A stretch of 64,000 nucleotides of DNA, taken from Candidatus Eiseniibacteriota bacterium. GTDB lineage: Bacteria; Eisenbacteria; RBG-16-71-46; JABDJR01. Position numbers and translations under genes: made by a program. The DNA is taken from assembly GCA_963783375.1 (NCBI GenBank), contig CAWANH010000028.1, positions 704,001-768,000 of the forward strand, in the 5' to 3' direction. Positions 31,701-41,168 of this stretch are shown piece by piece. The notes under the pieces were generated by a model. That model saw only the letters and a list, made by a program, of their open reading frames with translations. It was not told where the DNA came from and ran no database searches. The first letter of the stretch is position 1. The number at the start of each line of letters is the position of its first letter.

Positions 31701-31948
31701 ATGTCCGGATCGCCGTCGGCGTTGGTGGCCAGGACCACGAACTCGTCGTTTCCGAACACCTCGTGGAAGCGGGAGTAGGACTTCAGGGCAGGGTCGTTCT
31801 CGAGGAACCAGATCTCCGCCGAGGCGTCGAAGGGAACGTGGAAGGCCGGCCAGGTGCAGACGGCCACCGCCAGGAGGGTGACGGCGAGGATCGGAACCCG
31901 GTAGCGGACGGCGACCCGGGCCACCCACTCGGCCACGCGGGCGCTCAC
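28697..31948 (-). CDS. MMPL/RND transporter fused to a C-terminal LolA-like lipoprotein-sorting domain
   Basis: Two RND halves (GVADSVH, TSLTTAVGF, GIAVDDTIHF), then F..PPDLRGTAFL, DDQWLYLPALGRVKRI, FAGTEFTYEDL; start codon uncertain. Confidence 0.9.
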   Translation of the reverse strand: MSARVAEWVARVAVRYRVPILAVTLLAVAVCTWPAFHVPFDASAEIWFLENDPALKSYSRFHEVFGNDEFVVLATNADGDPDIAGHARARRAGRPHPGPEGTVFNNRILASLDRVTALLDTTAYVGRVMSLANYETIRGEGDDIGLETAVPHLPMTAGELESARARVLADSLARGRVVSVDGKVAMVVAEIEHRPGEFQYKSDLVKRVNAFLAREERDHGITYAFTGSSVLDHDIYADTRHDLRWNVPLLYLFITLFLIITIRSLPGVVFPMGVILSAVILDRALIPALGWKENSLATIIPLVLTAVGVADSVHIVVQYFNLRGGGLDGPNAARETVRRLFKPCLLTSLTTAVGFLALLAAPLAPLQEMGALTAIGVSIAFLLSVFALPAALSFLKGDYAAYAVRRRTGRAMAVVEGLPGFVRRRGVAILVVAGVVTAVAGVGIARLKVESNAIEFFRKSDPMRQITEYIQDKVGGVGNLEVVVKAKEPGGIRDPEVLRAMDALETHLRSIGIVTDAFSVVDYLKEINQAMHGGDPAWHTVPDSPDLVAQYLLLYGASSPREDLSNLVDLTQTTARVSARVNFASSTVYRRQVRDLQGWLAANFPGQADVELTGLMMLYKNMGDYIITSQIRSFLVALVVITLTMALAFRSWRVGLLSMIPNVWPIAFTLGFMGWIGLRLDMVNAMVAAVAIGIAVDDTIHFIAKYIEAIDDDKSLFQAVAYAFHVSGRAIVFTSAILFAGFAVILRSNFLPSVWFALLAAITIVMALLADLFILPAIFIRYRPVFEERRRRNRKKAAVRAAVLLGAVVLLALGASARRAEASAGDAGGPAATAAPPAGVEAPARPEDDDRGRAVMQAVEDANGDVRSETARVTMTLRDRAGNTAVRKAMMAFLTRDDGDRALIRFTDPPDLRGTAFLTAERPGDDDQWLYLPALGRVKRIAASRKTGNFAGTEFTYEDLGGRELDEYRHRYVRADTLAGDSVDVVEAVPRDERSGYSKITTWVSRDRHVILRAEYRDRKGALHKVSRSRDFYRPDGVHWRFRTAVMENVQNGKSTEIRVDTWTIGADLDPGFFTVEALGREW

Positions 31949-32260
31949 CGGGTCGGGGCCCCCGGGAGGCGGTTCGAGAGATGCTGATGGGCGGCGCGCT
32001 CGGGCATGGTCCGTGAATCCTACGACATGACGGATGATCGTCGACGGGGGGGGCCGGCCGAGGTCGTCCAAGACGGTGGAACGGACCATGGAGTTTACCC
32101 GGGTGAAATGGGTCGGGCCAGCGGATTCGCCGGAAGGGCCCCGCGCACGGAGGAATCCTCCCCGGCCCCCGGTCCCGGACATCTCCTACGCTCCGGGAAT
32201 TCGACCTTCTCTCGTCGATCACCGTTCCCCGCGGCGGCGCCGGGGCCGTAGGATCGCGCC

Positions 32261-33547
32261 GTGACCGAGCCCTCACCGCCGTGGGCGACCCGCGCCCGCG
32301 GCTTCATCGCCGCCTACGACCGTCGGCTGTGGGTCCTCTACGGCGGGTTCATCGCGTCCTCGATGGGCTTCGCCATGATCGTCCCCTTCGTGAGCCTCTA
32401 CTTCCACGAGGAGCTGGGGGTGAGCATGTCCCTGGTGGGGACGTTCTTCCTGGTGACCGCGGTGGTGCGCTCCTCGTTCCAGGGGTACGCGGGCGATCTC
32501 TCCGATCGCGTAGGGCGGATCCGCATCATGGTGGCGGGCCAGATCGCCCGGGCCGCGCTCTTCGGGGTCATGGCGGCGGCGGTGTTCCTACGGCTGGGGT
32601 TCTGGTGGGCGGCGGGGATCCTCACCCTCTCCTACGCGGCGGGAGCGTTCTACCAGCCGGTGGCCACCGCCGCGGTCTCGGACCTGGTCGAGCCCGGGAA
32701 ACGCCTCCAGGCCTACGCGATGATGCGGGTGGCCCACAACCTGGGCTGGGGGGTGGGCCCCATGCTCGGCGGGATGGTCTCCGAGGCCGGCTACGGCTGG
32801 CTCTTTGTCCTCGGGGGCTTCACCAGCCTCGTCTCGGCCTGGATCGTGAAGCGGTTCGTGAGCGAGACCCACCGGCCGGACCCGGCGGCCGAACCGGCGT
32901 CGACGCGGCGCCGGCGCGACGCATGGCTGGACGTGCTCGACGTCCGCCACGACCGGCCCTTCGTGGTGTTCTGCGTCCTGACCCTCCTGGTCTTCATCAC
33001 CCAGTCCCAGTGGCTGGCCACGTTGTCGGTCTACGCCTCCGACCGGCTCGGGACCACCACCGCCCAGCTCGGGGTGGTGTTCGGGCTGAACGGGTTCATG
33101 GTGGTGGCCTTCCAGCTGCCGGTCACCCGGGCGCTCCGCCGGGTGAGCCTGATCGGCATGATGATCCTGGGCTCCGCGGTCTATGCCATGGCCTTCTTCG
33201 GTCTGGGCTTCATCACGGTCTACTGGCAGCTCATCGCGGGCATGGCGGCCATCACCCTGGCCGAGCTCATCGTCTCCCCGGCCACGGTGGCCCTGGTGTC
33301 GCTGATCGCCCCCCCCGGCCGCACCGGCCGCTACATGGGGATCTACTCCCTCACCACCTCGTTCGGATGGTCCGCCGGTCCGTTTCTCGGGGGCGTGCTC
33401 ATCGATATCTGGGAGGGGCGACCGGTCCTCCTGTGGGCCAGCATCGCGGTCTTCGCCCTGGTCGCCGCTTTCGGCTTCGTGCGGTACCGAGGCCTCTACG
33501 CGCCGGCGAGGATCTCCGGGGATGCATCCCGGGGCCGATTGCAGTAG
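32261..33547 (+). CDS. MFS transporter (MdtH-like)
   Basis: 12 TM segments, GDLSDRVGR motif A, NLGWGVGPMLGG, GRYMG. Confidence 0.93.
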   Translation: MTEPSPPWATRARGFIAAYDRRLWVLYGGFIASSMGFAMIVPFVSLYFHEELGVSMSLVGTFFLVTAVVRSSFQGYAGDLSDRVGRIRIMVAGQIARAALFGVMAAAVFLRLGFWWAAGILTLSYAAGAFYQPVATAAVSDLVEPGKRLQAYAMMRVAHNLGWGVGPMLGGMVSEAGYGWLFVLGGFTSLVSAWIVKRFVSETHRPDPAAEPASTRRRRDAWLDVLDVRHDRPFVVFCVLTLLVFITQSQWLATLSVYASDRLGTTTAQLGVVFGLNGFMVVAFQLPVTRALRRVSLIGMMILGSAVYAMAFFGLGFITVYWQLIAGMAAITLAELIVSPATVALVSLIAPPGRTGRYMGIYSLTTSFGWSAGPFLGGVLIDIWEGRPVLLWASIAVFALVAAFGFVRYRGLYAPARISGDASRGRLQ

Positions 33548-33670
33548 AGTTTTCGTTCGGGTAGGCAAATATTTCCCCCACGCTTACCACCCTGAGCCGG
33601 GTTCCGCTCGGAAATCACAAACCCCCGCACCACGCCCGAGCCCACCCATGACAACCAATGGGGGTCCACC

Positions 33671-34306
33671 GTGAGACGAACCATCTTCCGGTCCGCATTC
33701 CTGCTGGCCGTGCTCGGAGGAGCATCGTGCGCCGGCCACTAGATCGGCCCGTTCGCCGCGGACCCGGTTCGGGTCTGTCCGGGTCACACCACCACCGTTT
33801 CCCGGCATGTCAAGGGAAACGCGGTCCTGAGCGCGGCGCCGGATATTCCGGGCACGGGCCCGGTCAAGGGCGACGGATCTTTGATCTTCGCGCCGACTCG
33901 GACGACCCATCTCCTGCTCAGCGTGGGGGCGGATGTGGAGAACGCCCCACATCCCCTCGACGTCATCGTTCTGGAACCCGGGGAGATGAACTCCCTCTTC
34001 TTTCGCGTCGACGACGTCGTCGGCCGCGAGCTGGTTGTGACCGACACCCTGAAGACTTCCGAGTGGGATGGGAGCGCTCGCATCACCTGGGTATTCAACC
34101 GCGAGAGCCGGCCGATTCGAGCCGGGCACAGCGGGAAGGAAGCCCTGATCGCTGCGGGGGATTCGACGGGCGCCTTCCGCGGCCTCCCGATTACCGGAAT
34201 CTGGAGCCTCCGGGCTCCCCTCGATCCAGCGGAGGAGCCCGGGGATCCAGAGCACTCACCAGCGAGCTTCCTGAAAGTGCCGTTCAAGTTCACCTGTGAA
34301 TCGTAG
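33671..34306 (+). pseudogene. Lipoprotein gene interrupted by an in-frame TAG at codon 24
   Basis: GTG start MRRTIFRSAFLLAVLGGASC (lipobox), TAG at 33740-33742, then the same frame stays open into ORF 33881-34306. Confidence 0.6.
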
Positions 34307-34316
34307 GGAGGCGATC

Positions 34317-35693
34317 ATGAGCACGCTCAGCCTGGACCAGGTCCGGGGATTGGTGGATACCGTCGTCCTCGTGATGCTGGAGAATCGATCGTTCGACAAC
34401 ATCCTCGGCCATCTGAGCTACCGCGAGCACAACGTCGGCCGGCAGGTCGAGGGTCTCACCGATCCTCTCGAGAAGGATGAATATATCAACCTCTATGCGA
34501 ACCAGCCGTACTACCCGTTCCTCACCAAGGATGAGCCGCTCCAAACCGACCTTCCCCACGAGCGGGACGCCGTGGATCAGCAGATGGCCTGGTCGAAAGC
34601 CAAGAAGCGTTTCACCATGAGCGGCTTCGTGGAGGCTTACTACGGCCGAACGGTCGCCAGTTGGACCCGCAACCCGGAGCCGATGGGCTTCCTGCCTCCG
34701 GACCAGGTGCCGGTCAGCCACTTCCTCGCGACCAACTACGCGGTGTGCGACCACTGGTTCGCTCCGCTACCCACCAGCACGCTCCCCAACCGGCTCATGG
34801 CCTGGACCGGCACCACATCGGTCGACCACACCGGACAGATCCTCCCTCCGGTCGGTGACACGCTGCTCGAGTGGATGACCGGACGCAACGTACGGTGGCG
34901 CGTCTACCACGACGGACTTTCCTTTTTCACGCTCCTGGGAAAACTCCAGCAGGTCTTGAGCCCCGGTTTCCGGCGCTTCGAGCATCTGGCCGACGACGTG
35001 CTTCACGAATCCAACGGAACCTTCCCCCAGGTGATCCTCATCGAACCCTCCTACGGCGACGCTCCGCACCTGGGCACCGACCATCCCAACGACAACCACC
35101 CGCCCCTCCCGGTAGCGCCGGGAGAGCATTTCCTGCGCCTGATCTACCAGGCCCTCACCGCGAACCCCGAGCGCTGGGCGAAGACGGTGCTGATCGTCCA
35201 CTACGACGAGCATGGCGGCTTCTTCGACCACGTTCCCCCGCTCCCCGTTCCTCACGCCCCGCCGAGGGGGGCCAGGTACAAGCCCTTCAAGACCACGGGC
35301 GTGCGGGTGCCGGCCATGGTGGTGTCGCCCCTCGTTGCGTCGCGTACCGTCCACCAGGCGAAGATGGATCACACTTCCATTCTTCAGTTCCTGGCCGAAC
35401 TGCACGACAAGAACGAAAAGGACTACTCGGCGAACGTGGCCCGGCGCCGGGGCAGGGGGATCACCAGCGTTTCGGCGGTCCTGAACCAGGCGGCGCCGCG
35501 GACCCGGATACCGGCCGTGCCCACAAACCCCATCCGTTCGGTCACCCTCCTGGGGGACGCGGGACCGATCCATACCCCGCAACAGAAGCTCTTCCGCACC
35601 GCCGCGCTCAAGATGATGGGCGAGCGTAAGACGGACACCCAGGAGCAGTATCCGGAGCTCTGGCACGCGGGTTTGACGGACAACCTGGAATGA
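34317..35693 (+). CDS. Phosphoesterase family protein (phospholipase C/acid phosphatase)
   Basis: VMLENRSFD, CDHWF, TLPNR, NDNHPP, YDEHGGFFDHVPP, GVRVP, DHTS. Confidence 0.93.
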   Translation: MSTLSLDQVRGLVDTVVLVMLENRSFDNILGHLSYREHNVGRQVEGLTDPLEKDEYINLYANQPYYPFLTKDEPLQTDLPHERDAVDQQMAWSKAKKRFTMSGFVEAYYGRTVASWTRNPEPMGFLPPDQVPVSHFLATNYAVCDHWFAPLPTSTLPNRLMAWTGTTSVDHTGQILPPVGDTLLEWMTGRNVRWRVYHDGLSFFTLLGKLQQVLSPGFRRFEHLADDVLHESNGTFPQVILIEPSYGDAPHLGTDHPNDNHPPLPVAPGEHFLRLIYQALTANPERWAKTVLIVHYDEHGGFFDHVPPLPVPHAPPRGARYKPFKTTGVRVPAMVVSPLVASRTVHQAKMDHTSILQFLAELHDKNEKDYSANVARRRGRGITSVSAVLNQAAPRTRIPAVPTNPIRSVTLLGDAGPIHTPQQKLFRTAALKMMGERKTDTQEQYPELWHAGLTDNLE

Positions 35694-35723
35694 GGGGGCG
35701 CCGGCGGGCGGACCCCCGGTCGA

Positions 35724-36896
35724 TCAGTCCTCCGTCTCCGGGTCTTCCGGGGGCTTGGAGGGCGGCGCGGACGCGGTCAGGAGGGCGAGGATCGCCTGGT
35801 TGAACGCGGGCAGGTCGCCCGGCACGCGACTGGTGACGAGGTTCCGGTCCACCACCACCGGCTTGTCGCGATAACGGGCCCCGGCCAGTCGGACGTCGTC
35901 GCGGATCCCCGCGAAGCAGGTGACGCTGCGTCCGGGGAGCACCCCGGCGGAGATGAGGACCTGGGGGCCGTGGCAGATGGCGGCCACCGGCTTCCCCTCG
36001 TCCAGGAAGCGGCGGGTGAAGTCGAGGACGGCCGGATTCAGCCGGAGGGACTCGGGCGCGCCGCCCCCGGGGATGATCAGGAGATCGAACTCCGAGGCCT
36101 CGGCGTCGGCCGCCGCGAGTTCCACCACGACCTCCTCGCGCTCGTACTTGCCGGTCACCGTCCCCGGCGCGAGCCCCACGAAGACCGTCTCCATCCCGTA
36201 CTCCCGGAGATAGGCGGGCGGGGCGACCCCTTCCTCGTCCTGGAACTTGTCGGCGATCAGGACGGCCGCCCGCTTTCCGGCCAGGGGGGTGCCGATTTCC
36301 GCCTCGGACCCGGTGTCCGGGGCGGCTTCCGGTCGGGACGCGACCGCTTCCGCCGACCGCTTGCCCATACGCTTCCGCTTCTTCTTGGCCGCGCCGTCCG
36401 CCGGCTCCGGCGAGTCCACGTCCGCTTCCGTCGAAGCCGTCTCCGTCACTTCCACCGCGTCCACCGGTTCGACCGCATCCACCGTCGGTTCATCCATCTC
36501 GCTCAAGTCGTCTCCTTCGCTCTCGCCGGTCCCGGCCCCGCCGGAACCGCTTGCCTCCATGAATTCCAACCGGTTCCCGAACGGGTCCCGGGTGTGAAAC
36601 CGTCGCTCCCCGGCCGGCGGGCGCCCGTCGCGCACCTCGAAATCGGCCCCCACAAGCCGCGCCCGGAGGGTGTCGAGGTTCTCCACCGCAAAGGCCACGT
36701 GGGCGCGCGAGGAGGCATCGGCCCCGCCCGCTTCGATCCCCAGGTGCACCTCCTGGCCGCCGCACCGGTACCAGAAACCGGGGTTCTCCATCGCCGGACG
36801 GGGGATGGGAATGAGCCCCAGAAGACCTTCATAGAACCCCCGGGCCTCGTCCTCGCGTCCGGCGGGGATCATGATCTGCACGTGGTGGATTCGCAC
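35724..36896 (-). CDS. VOC/glyoxalase domain fused to a DJ-1/PfpI domain
   Basis: HHVQ...HVAF...DPFGNRLEF, acidic linker, then FQDEE, IPGG, AICHGPQ, VTSRVPGDL. Confidence 0.85.
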   Translation of the reverse strand: MRIHHVQIMIPAGREDEARGFYEGLLGLIPIPRPAMENPGFWYRCGGQEVHLGIEAGGADASSRAHVAFAVENLDTLRARLVGADFEVRDGRPPAGERRFHTRDPFGNRLEFMEASGSGGAGTGESEGDDLSEMDEPTVDAVEPVDAVEVTETASTEADVDSPEPADGAAKKKRKRMGKRSAEAVASRPEAAPDTGSEAEIGTPLAGKRAAVLIADKFQDEEGVAPPAYLREYGMETVFVGLAPGTVTGKYEREEVVVELAAADAEASEFDLLIIPGGGAPESLRLNPAVLDFTRRFLDEGKPVAAICHGPQVLISAGVLPGRSVTCFAGIRDDVRLAGARYRDKPVVVDRNLVTSRVPGDLPAFNQAILALLTASAPPSKPPEDPETED

Positions 36897-36990
36897 GCGG
36901 TGAATGGTACTCTATTCGGGTTCCGGTGACGAAGGGCGGCGGTTCTCCCTCCACAAGGCCCGATCCAGGAAAAGCGAGGACGGCGACATC

Positions 36991-38220
36991 ATGCAGAAAT
37001 CGACGGTGAACGGAAAGCGCTCGGCCCGGAAGACGAAGGCCCCGGGGGCGAAGCTCCTCATGAAGGCCGGCGGTCCGGTCACCCGGGACGAGCTGGTGGC
37101 GCTCCGCCGCGACATCCACCGGAACCCCGAGCTTGGGTTCGGGGAGACCCGGACCTCGAAGCTGGTTCAGGACCATCTGAAGAGCTTCGGCCTGAAGCCC
37201 CGGGTCCTGGCCGGGACCGGGGTCACCGCCCTCATCGACGGCAAGGCGGCCGGACGCACCCTCATGATGCGCTGCGACATGGACGCGCTTCCCATCGTGG
37301 AGGAGACCGCGTACCCCTTCCAGAGCGGCAACCGGGGGGTGATGCACGCCTGCGGTCACGATTTCCACACCTCGATCCTTCTAGGAGTGGCCAAGTCGCT
37401 CTCCCGGAACCCTCCGGCCCGCGGCCGGCTGAAGCTCAACTTCCAGCCCGCCGAAGAGGGTCTGAACGGCGCGGGAGCCATGATCGAGGCGGGTATCATG
37501 AAGAACCCGGACGTGGACGCCGTCCTGGGCTATCACATCTGGCAGGGGGTTCCGGTGGGCCGGGTCGGCGTCATCACCGGCCCCTGCATGGCCGCGGTGG
37601 GGCGCTTCAACATCACCATCCGGGGCGTCGGCGGCCACGCCGCCTATCCCCATCGCGCGGTGGACCCGGTGCTGGTGGCGTCCCACGTGGTGACCGCGCT
37701 CCAGAGCATCGTGGCCCGGAACGTGAGCCCGGTGGACACCGCGGTGGTCACGGTGGGCCGGATCCACGCCGGGAGCGCCTTCAACATCATCCCCCCCGAA
37801 GCCACCATGGAGGGCACGGTCCGGACCTTCTCCAAGGAGGCGGGCCGGTCGGTGCCGAAGCGGCTGAAGGAGATCGCCACCGGGGTGGCCAAGGCCTTCG
37901 GGGCGGTCGCCGGCGTGGAGTACGTCCACGAGCACAACCCGGTGGTGAACGACGCGGCCATGGCCGACTTCATGCGCGAGGTGGTCGGGGATACCCTGGG
38001 TCGCCGGAACCTGGTTCTTCCCGATCCCTCCATGGGGGGCGAGGATCACGCCGCGTACCAGGAGATCGCCCCCGGCTGCTACGTCTTCATCGGGGCCGGC
38101 CCGCGGAAGGGCGAGGTTTTCGAGCACCACCACCCGAAGTTCAATCCGGACGAGGACGTGCTGGAGACCGGGGTCAAGGTCATGGCCGAGGCGGCGCGCC
38201 GCTGGCTGGCCCGGGCGTGA
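36991..38220 (+). CDS. M20D amidohydrolase
   Basis: HRNPELGFGE, RCDMDALP, MHACGHD, FQPAEEG, GGEDH, HHPKF. Confidence 0.95.
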   Translation: MQKSTVNGKRSARKTKAPGAKLLMKAGGPVTRDELVALRRDIHRNPELGFGETRTSKLVQDHLKSFGLKPRVLAGTGVTALIDGKAAGRTLMMRCDMDALPIVEETAYPFQSGNRGVMHACGHDFHTSILLGVAKSLSRNPPARGRLKLNFQPAEEGLNGAGAMIEAGIMKNPDVDAVLGYHIWQGVPVGRVGVITGPCMAAVGRFNITIRGVGGHAAYPHRAVDPVLVASHVVTALQSIVARNVSPVDTAVVTVGRIHAGSAFNIIPPEATMEGTVRTFSKEAGRSVPKRLKEIATGVAKAFGAVAGVEYVHEHNPVVNDAAMADFMREVVGDTLGRRNLVLPDPSMGGEDHAAYQEIAPGCYVFIGAGPRKGEVFEHHHPKFNPDEDVLETGVKVMAEAARRWLARA

Positions 38221-39362
38221 CCGTCGGGGCTGCGCAGCGGGCAAAGGCGGTCGATTCCGCGGAAGTGGAGACCCCCCGCCGAACGGGGGGGGCGTTCGCC
38301 GGAACCGCCCGGGAAATCCTTCGCCGCCACGGGCGCGGGCCGCTCTCCCGGATCGCCCTCCTCCCGGCCTATCGCTACTTCTTCACCGGCGGCGGCCGGT
38401 GCGTGATGGCCTACGCCGACTGCGGGTCGCTCCGCCTGGCCCTCGGGGAACCGGCGGGTCCGGACGCGGATAGCGCGGGGGCGATCGGCGAGTTCGCCGC
38501 CCACACCCGGGCCCGAGGCCGGCGTCCGGTCGTGGTGGGCCTCCGCCGGGGGGACGCCGAAGCCTGCCGCGCCGCCGGTCTCACGACGCTTCGAATCGGC
38601 CACGAGGCGCTCCTCCCCCTGCCGGCGTTCTCGCTCGAGGGCGGCCGGCGACGCTCCCTCCGCCAGAGCGTCAACCGTTCCCGCCGGGCCGGCGCGGGAT
38701 TCGAGATCTGGGACCCCCCGATCTCCCCCGTCCGGGTGGCCGCCCTGGCCGAGGTTTCCAACGCCTGGCTCCTCACCCGGCGTCTGCGCGAGCGCCGGTT
38801 CGGCGCGGGTTGGTTCGACCCGGAGATCCTGGCCTCGGGGCGGGTCGCGGTGATCCGCGGAGGGAGCGGACGCGTCGAAGCCTTCGCCAACCTGCTCGAG
38901 GGGTACGACGACAACGAGGCGAGCGCGGACCTCATGCGCCGCCGCCCCGACGCGCCCCCCGGCGCCATGGACGCCCTCTTCGCGGGGATCGCCGTCCTCT
39001 ACCGGGACGAAGGGAAGACCGTGTTCAACCTCGGCCTGGCCCCCCTGGCCGGGTTGGGGGCGGACGCCGACGCCAGCGTGACCGAACGGGCCCTGGGCTG
39101 GATGTACCGACGGGGGGGAGGGCTCTTCAGCTTCGCCGGACTCTTCGCTTTCAAAGCCAAGTTCCGCCCCGAGTGGGAGCCCCGCTACGTCGCCTACGAC
39201 CCCGGCATCTTCCTCCCGCGCGTCCTCCTAGCCGCCGCCGGCATCCGTCCCGTGGAGGAAATCCGGGCGCGCGGCGCGAGATGGACGGTCCGAGCCCTGG
39301 CCGCCCTGGCCTTCGGCGGGGCGGGGACCGGGGTGGCGCGCCCGGCCGATTCCGTTATCTGA
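38217..39362 (+). CDS. Stand-alone DUF2156 (MprF C-terminal) aminoacyltransferase domain protein
   Basis: LGEPAG, IGHEA, DLMRR, FNLGLAPLAG, GLFAFKAKFRPEWEPRY; no flippase TM region. Confidence 0.85.
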   Translation: MTVGAAQRAKAVDSAEVETPRRTGGAFAGTAREILRRHGRGPLSRIALLPAYRYFFTGGGRCVMAYADCGSLRLALGEPAGPDADSAGAIGEFAAHTRARGRRPVVVGLRRGDAEACRAAGLTTLRIGHEALLPLPAFSLEGGRRRSLRQSVNRSRRAGAGFEIWDPPISPVRVAALAEVSNAWLLTRRLRERRFGAGWFDPEILASGRVAVIRGGSGRVEAFANLLEGYDDNEASADLMRRRPDAPPGAMDALFAGIAVLYRDEGKTVFNLGLAPLAGLGADADASVTERALGWMYRRGGGLFSFAGLFAFKAKFRPEWEPRYVAYDPGIFLPRVLLAAAGIRPVEEIRARGARWTVRALAALAFGGAGTGVARPADSVI

Positions 39363-39524
39363 CCGGACCGGGGTCCGCCTCCCGACGCCCCACCCCCCTG
39401 GCGAGATGAACGCCGGACCCGCCTCCACCCTGGACATGGGGCGCAAACCGGCGGATGCTGGTTGTTCCGGGCCGGGGCGGAGGGCGCCCGGTCCGGAATT
39501 TCCCCCCCAGGAGGAGGGCCGGCC

Positions 39525-40382
39525 ATGAACCAGATCGAACACCTGCTCTCCCACGACGTGCTCAATCCTTCCACCGCGCTCGGCGCGCTGGCCTACGGTC
39601 TACTCTTCCTCGTGCTGGCGGTGGTGGTCTCCCACCTACTCCGCGTCACCGCCCACCGCGCATTGAAGTTGCACCACCGCCACCTGGTGGATCGCACGTC
39701 GGCCAACTTCGTGATCCAACTTTCCCAGATCGCCGTCTTCATCATCGCGCTCATGTTCTACGCCCACCTGATTCCCCGGTTGCGGACGCTGGGAACCGCG
39801 CTCCTGGCCAGCGTCAGCGTGGTGTCGGTGATCATCGGCCTGGCCGCCCAGAACACCCTGGGAAATCTCATCGCGGGGGTTTCGCTCCTCCTCTACCGGC
39901 CGTTCGAGGTCGGCGACCGGCTCCAGGTGAACGGCCCCTCGGGGCCGGAGATAGGAACGGTGGAGGTGCTGAACCTCGGCTACACCGTGATCCAGACCTA
40001 CGACAACCGTCGGGTCGTGGTCCCCAACAGCGCCATCGCCACCCAGGTCACGGTCAACTACACCACCCAGGACACCCGGATCATGGTGATGGTGCCGATC
40101 GGGATCAGCTATTCCTCGGACATCGACAAGGCGCGGGAGATCCTCCTCGACATCGCCCGGAACCATCCCCTGATCACCGAAGCGGTGAACTGCCCGGTCA
40201 CCAACCTCGGGAACTCCAGCGTGAACCTGAGCCTTCGCGCATGGTGCGAGTCCCCGATGGACGCCAAGCGGGTGGAGTTCGACCTCTACGAGGCGGCCAA
40301 GAAGCGTTTCGACCAGGAGGGGATCGAGATCCCCTTCCCCTACACCAACGTGGTGTTGAAGCGGGAGGCGCCCACGGCGTGA
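39525..40382 (+). CDS. mscS: Small-conductance mechanosensitive channel family protein
   Basis: GLAAQNTLGNLIAG, PFEVGD, VPNS, GIEIPFP; AGGAGG RBS. Confidence 0.92.
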   Translation: MNQIEHLLSHDVLNPSTALGALAYGLLFLVLAVVVSHLLRVTAHRALKLHHRHLVDRTSANFVIQLSQIAVFIIALMFYAHLIPRLRTLGTALLASVSVVSVIIGLAAQNTLGNLIAGVSLLLYRPFEVGDRLQVNGPSGPEIGTVEVLNLGYTVIQTYDNRRVVVPNSAIATQVTVNYTTQDTRIMVMVPIGISYSSDIDKAREILLDIARNHPLITEAVNCPVTNLGNSSVNLSLRAWCESPMDAKRVEFDLYEAAKKRFDQEGIEIPFPYTNVVLKREAPTA

Positions 40383-40457
40383 CCCGGCCGGGCCCGGGCT
40401 GATCCGGCGCGGTTCACCACGCCTCGACCCGGAGAAAGATCCTGAATCGAGCCCCGG

Positions 40458-41000
40458 CTACGGAGGTTCCGGAAGCGCGTCCAGCGCGCTTTCGAAGGCG
40501 CGATAGGAGCGCCGGTCTAAGAGCACGATGCGCACCTCGTTCAGCCCGTGGCCGGGGTCGGCCAACCACCTCGCGCAGGCGCCGGTCATGATGCGGGCGC
40601 AGGACTCGAGGGGATAGCCGAAGATTCCGGTGGAGATGGCGGGAAAGGCGATGGATCGGAGGCCCAGCTCTTCGGCCACGCGAAGGGAGTTCACGACCGC
40701 GCTCTCGAGGAGCCGGTCGGCGCCGGGATCGCCGCCCCGGGGACCCACGGCGTGAATCACGTGGCGGGCGGGGAGCCGTCCCGCGCCGGTGGCCGCCGCC
40801 TCCCCGGTCCGGATGGGCGCCTTGGCCCGGCACTCCTCCTGGATCGAGGGCCCCCCCGCGTTCCGGATGGCTCCGGCCACTCCCCCCCCCAGGATCAACT
40901 GCTCGTTGGCCGCATTCACCACCGCGTCCACGTCGGCCTCGGTGATGTCCCCGTGAACCAGGCGCAGCGCCTTCTCCCCATAATGTCGTTCACCGGACAT
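40458..41000 (-). CDS. Macro domain protein (YmdB-like)
   Basis: GDIT, VNAAN, GGGVAGAI, HAVGP, PAISTGIFGYP. Confidence 0.95.
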   Translation of the reverse strand: MSGERHYGEKALRLVHGDITEADVDAVVNAANEQLILGGGVAGAIRNAGGPSIQEECRAKAPIRTGEAAATGAGRLPARHVIHAVGPRGGDPGADRLLESAVVNSLRVAEELGLRSIAFPAISTGIFGYPLESCARIMTGACARWLADPGHGLNEVRIVLLDRRSYRAFESALDALPEPP

Positions 41001-41168
41001 GCTCCGACCGTACCACACGGTTCTCCGCGGGCGCGGTTCCGGCCCGCGTTGTCGCCGGAGCCCGGCTCCTGCTAGCCTGGAGCGCCGGGGGAAGGGGAGC
41101 CCCGGCCCACCCCGGCGGGGAACCGGCGACCGGTTCGGCCGGGGAGTCGGCGTCACCAGGAGGACCCC

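Noticed and set aside
32005-32090. 10-bp inverted repeat CATGGTCCGT/ACGGACCATG upstream of the MMPL gene as a structured leader
   Set aside because: A single stem with no supporting internal structure or second copy; the MMPL start is also uncertain.
33740-33742. Pyrrolysine or genome-wide TAG recoding
   Set aside because: TAG ends many clear genes in this window (tdk, GH15, maeB, larA), so it functions as a stop.
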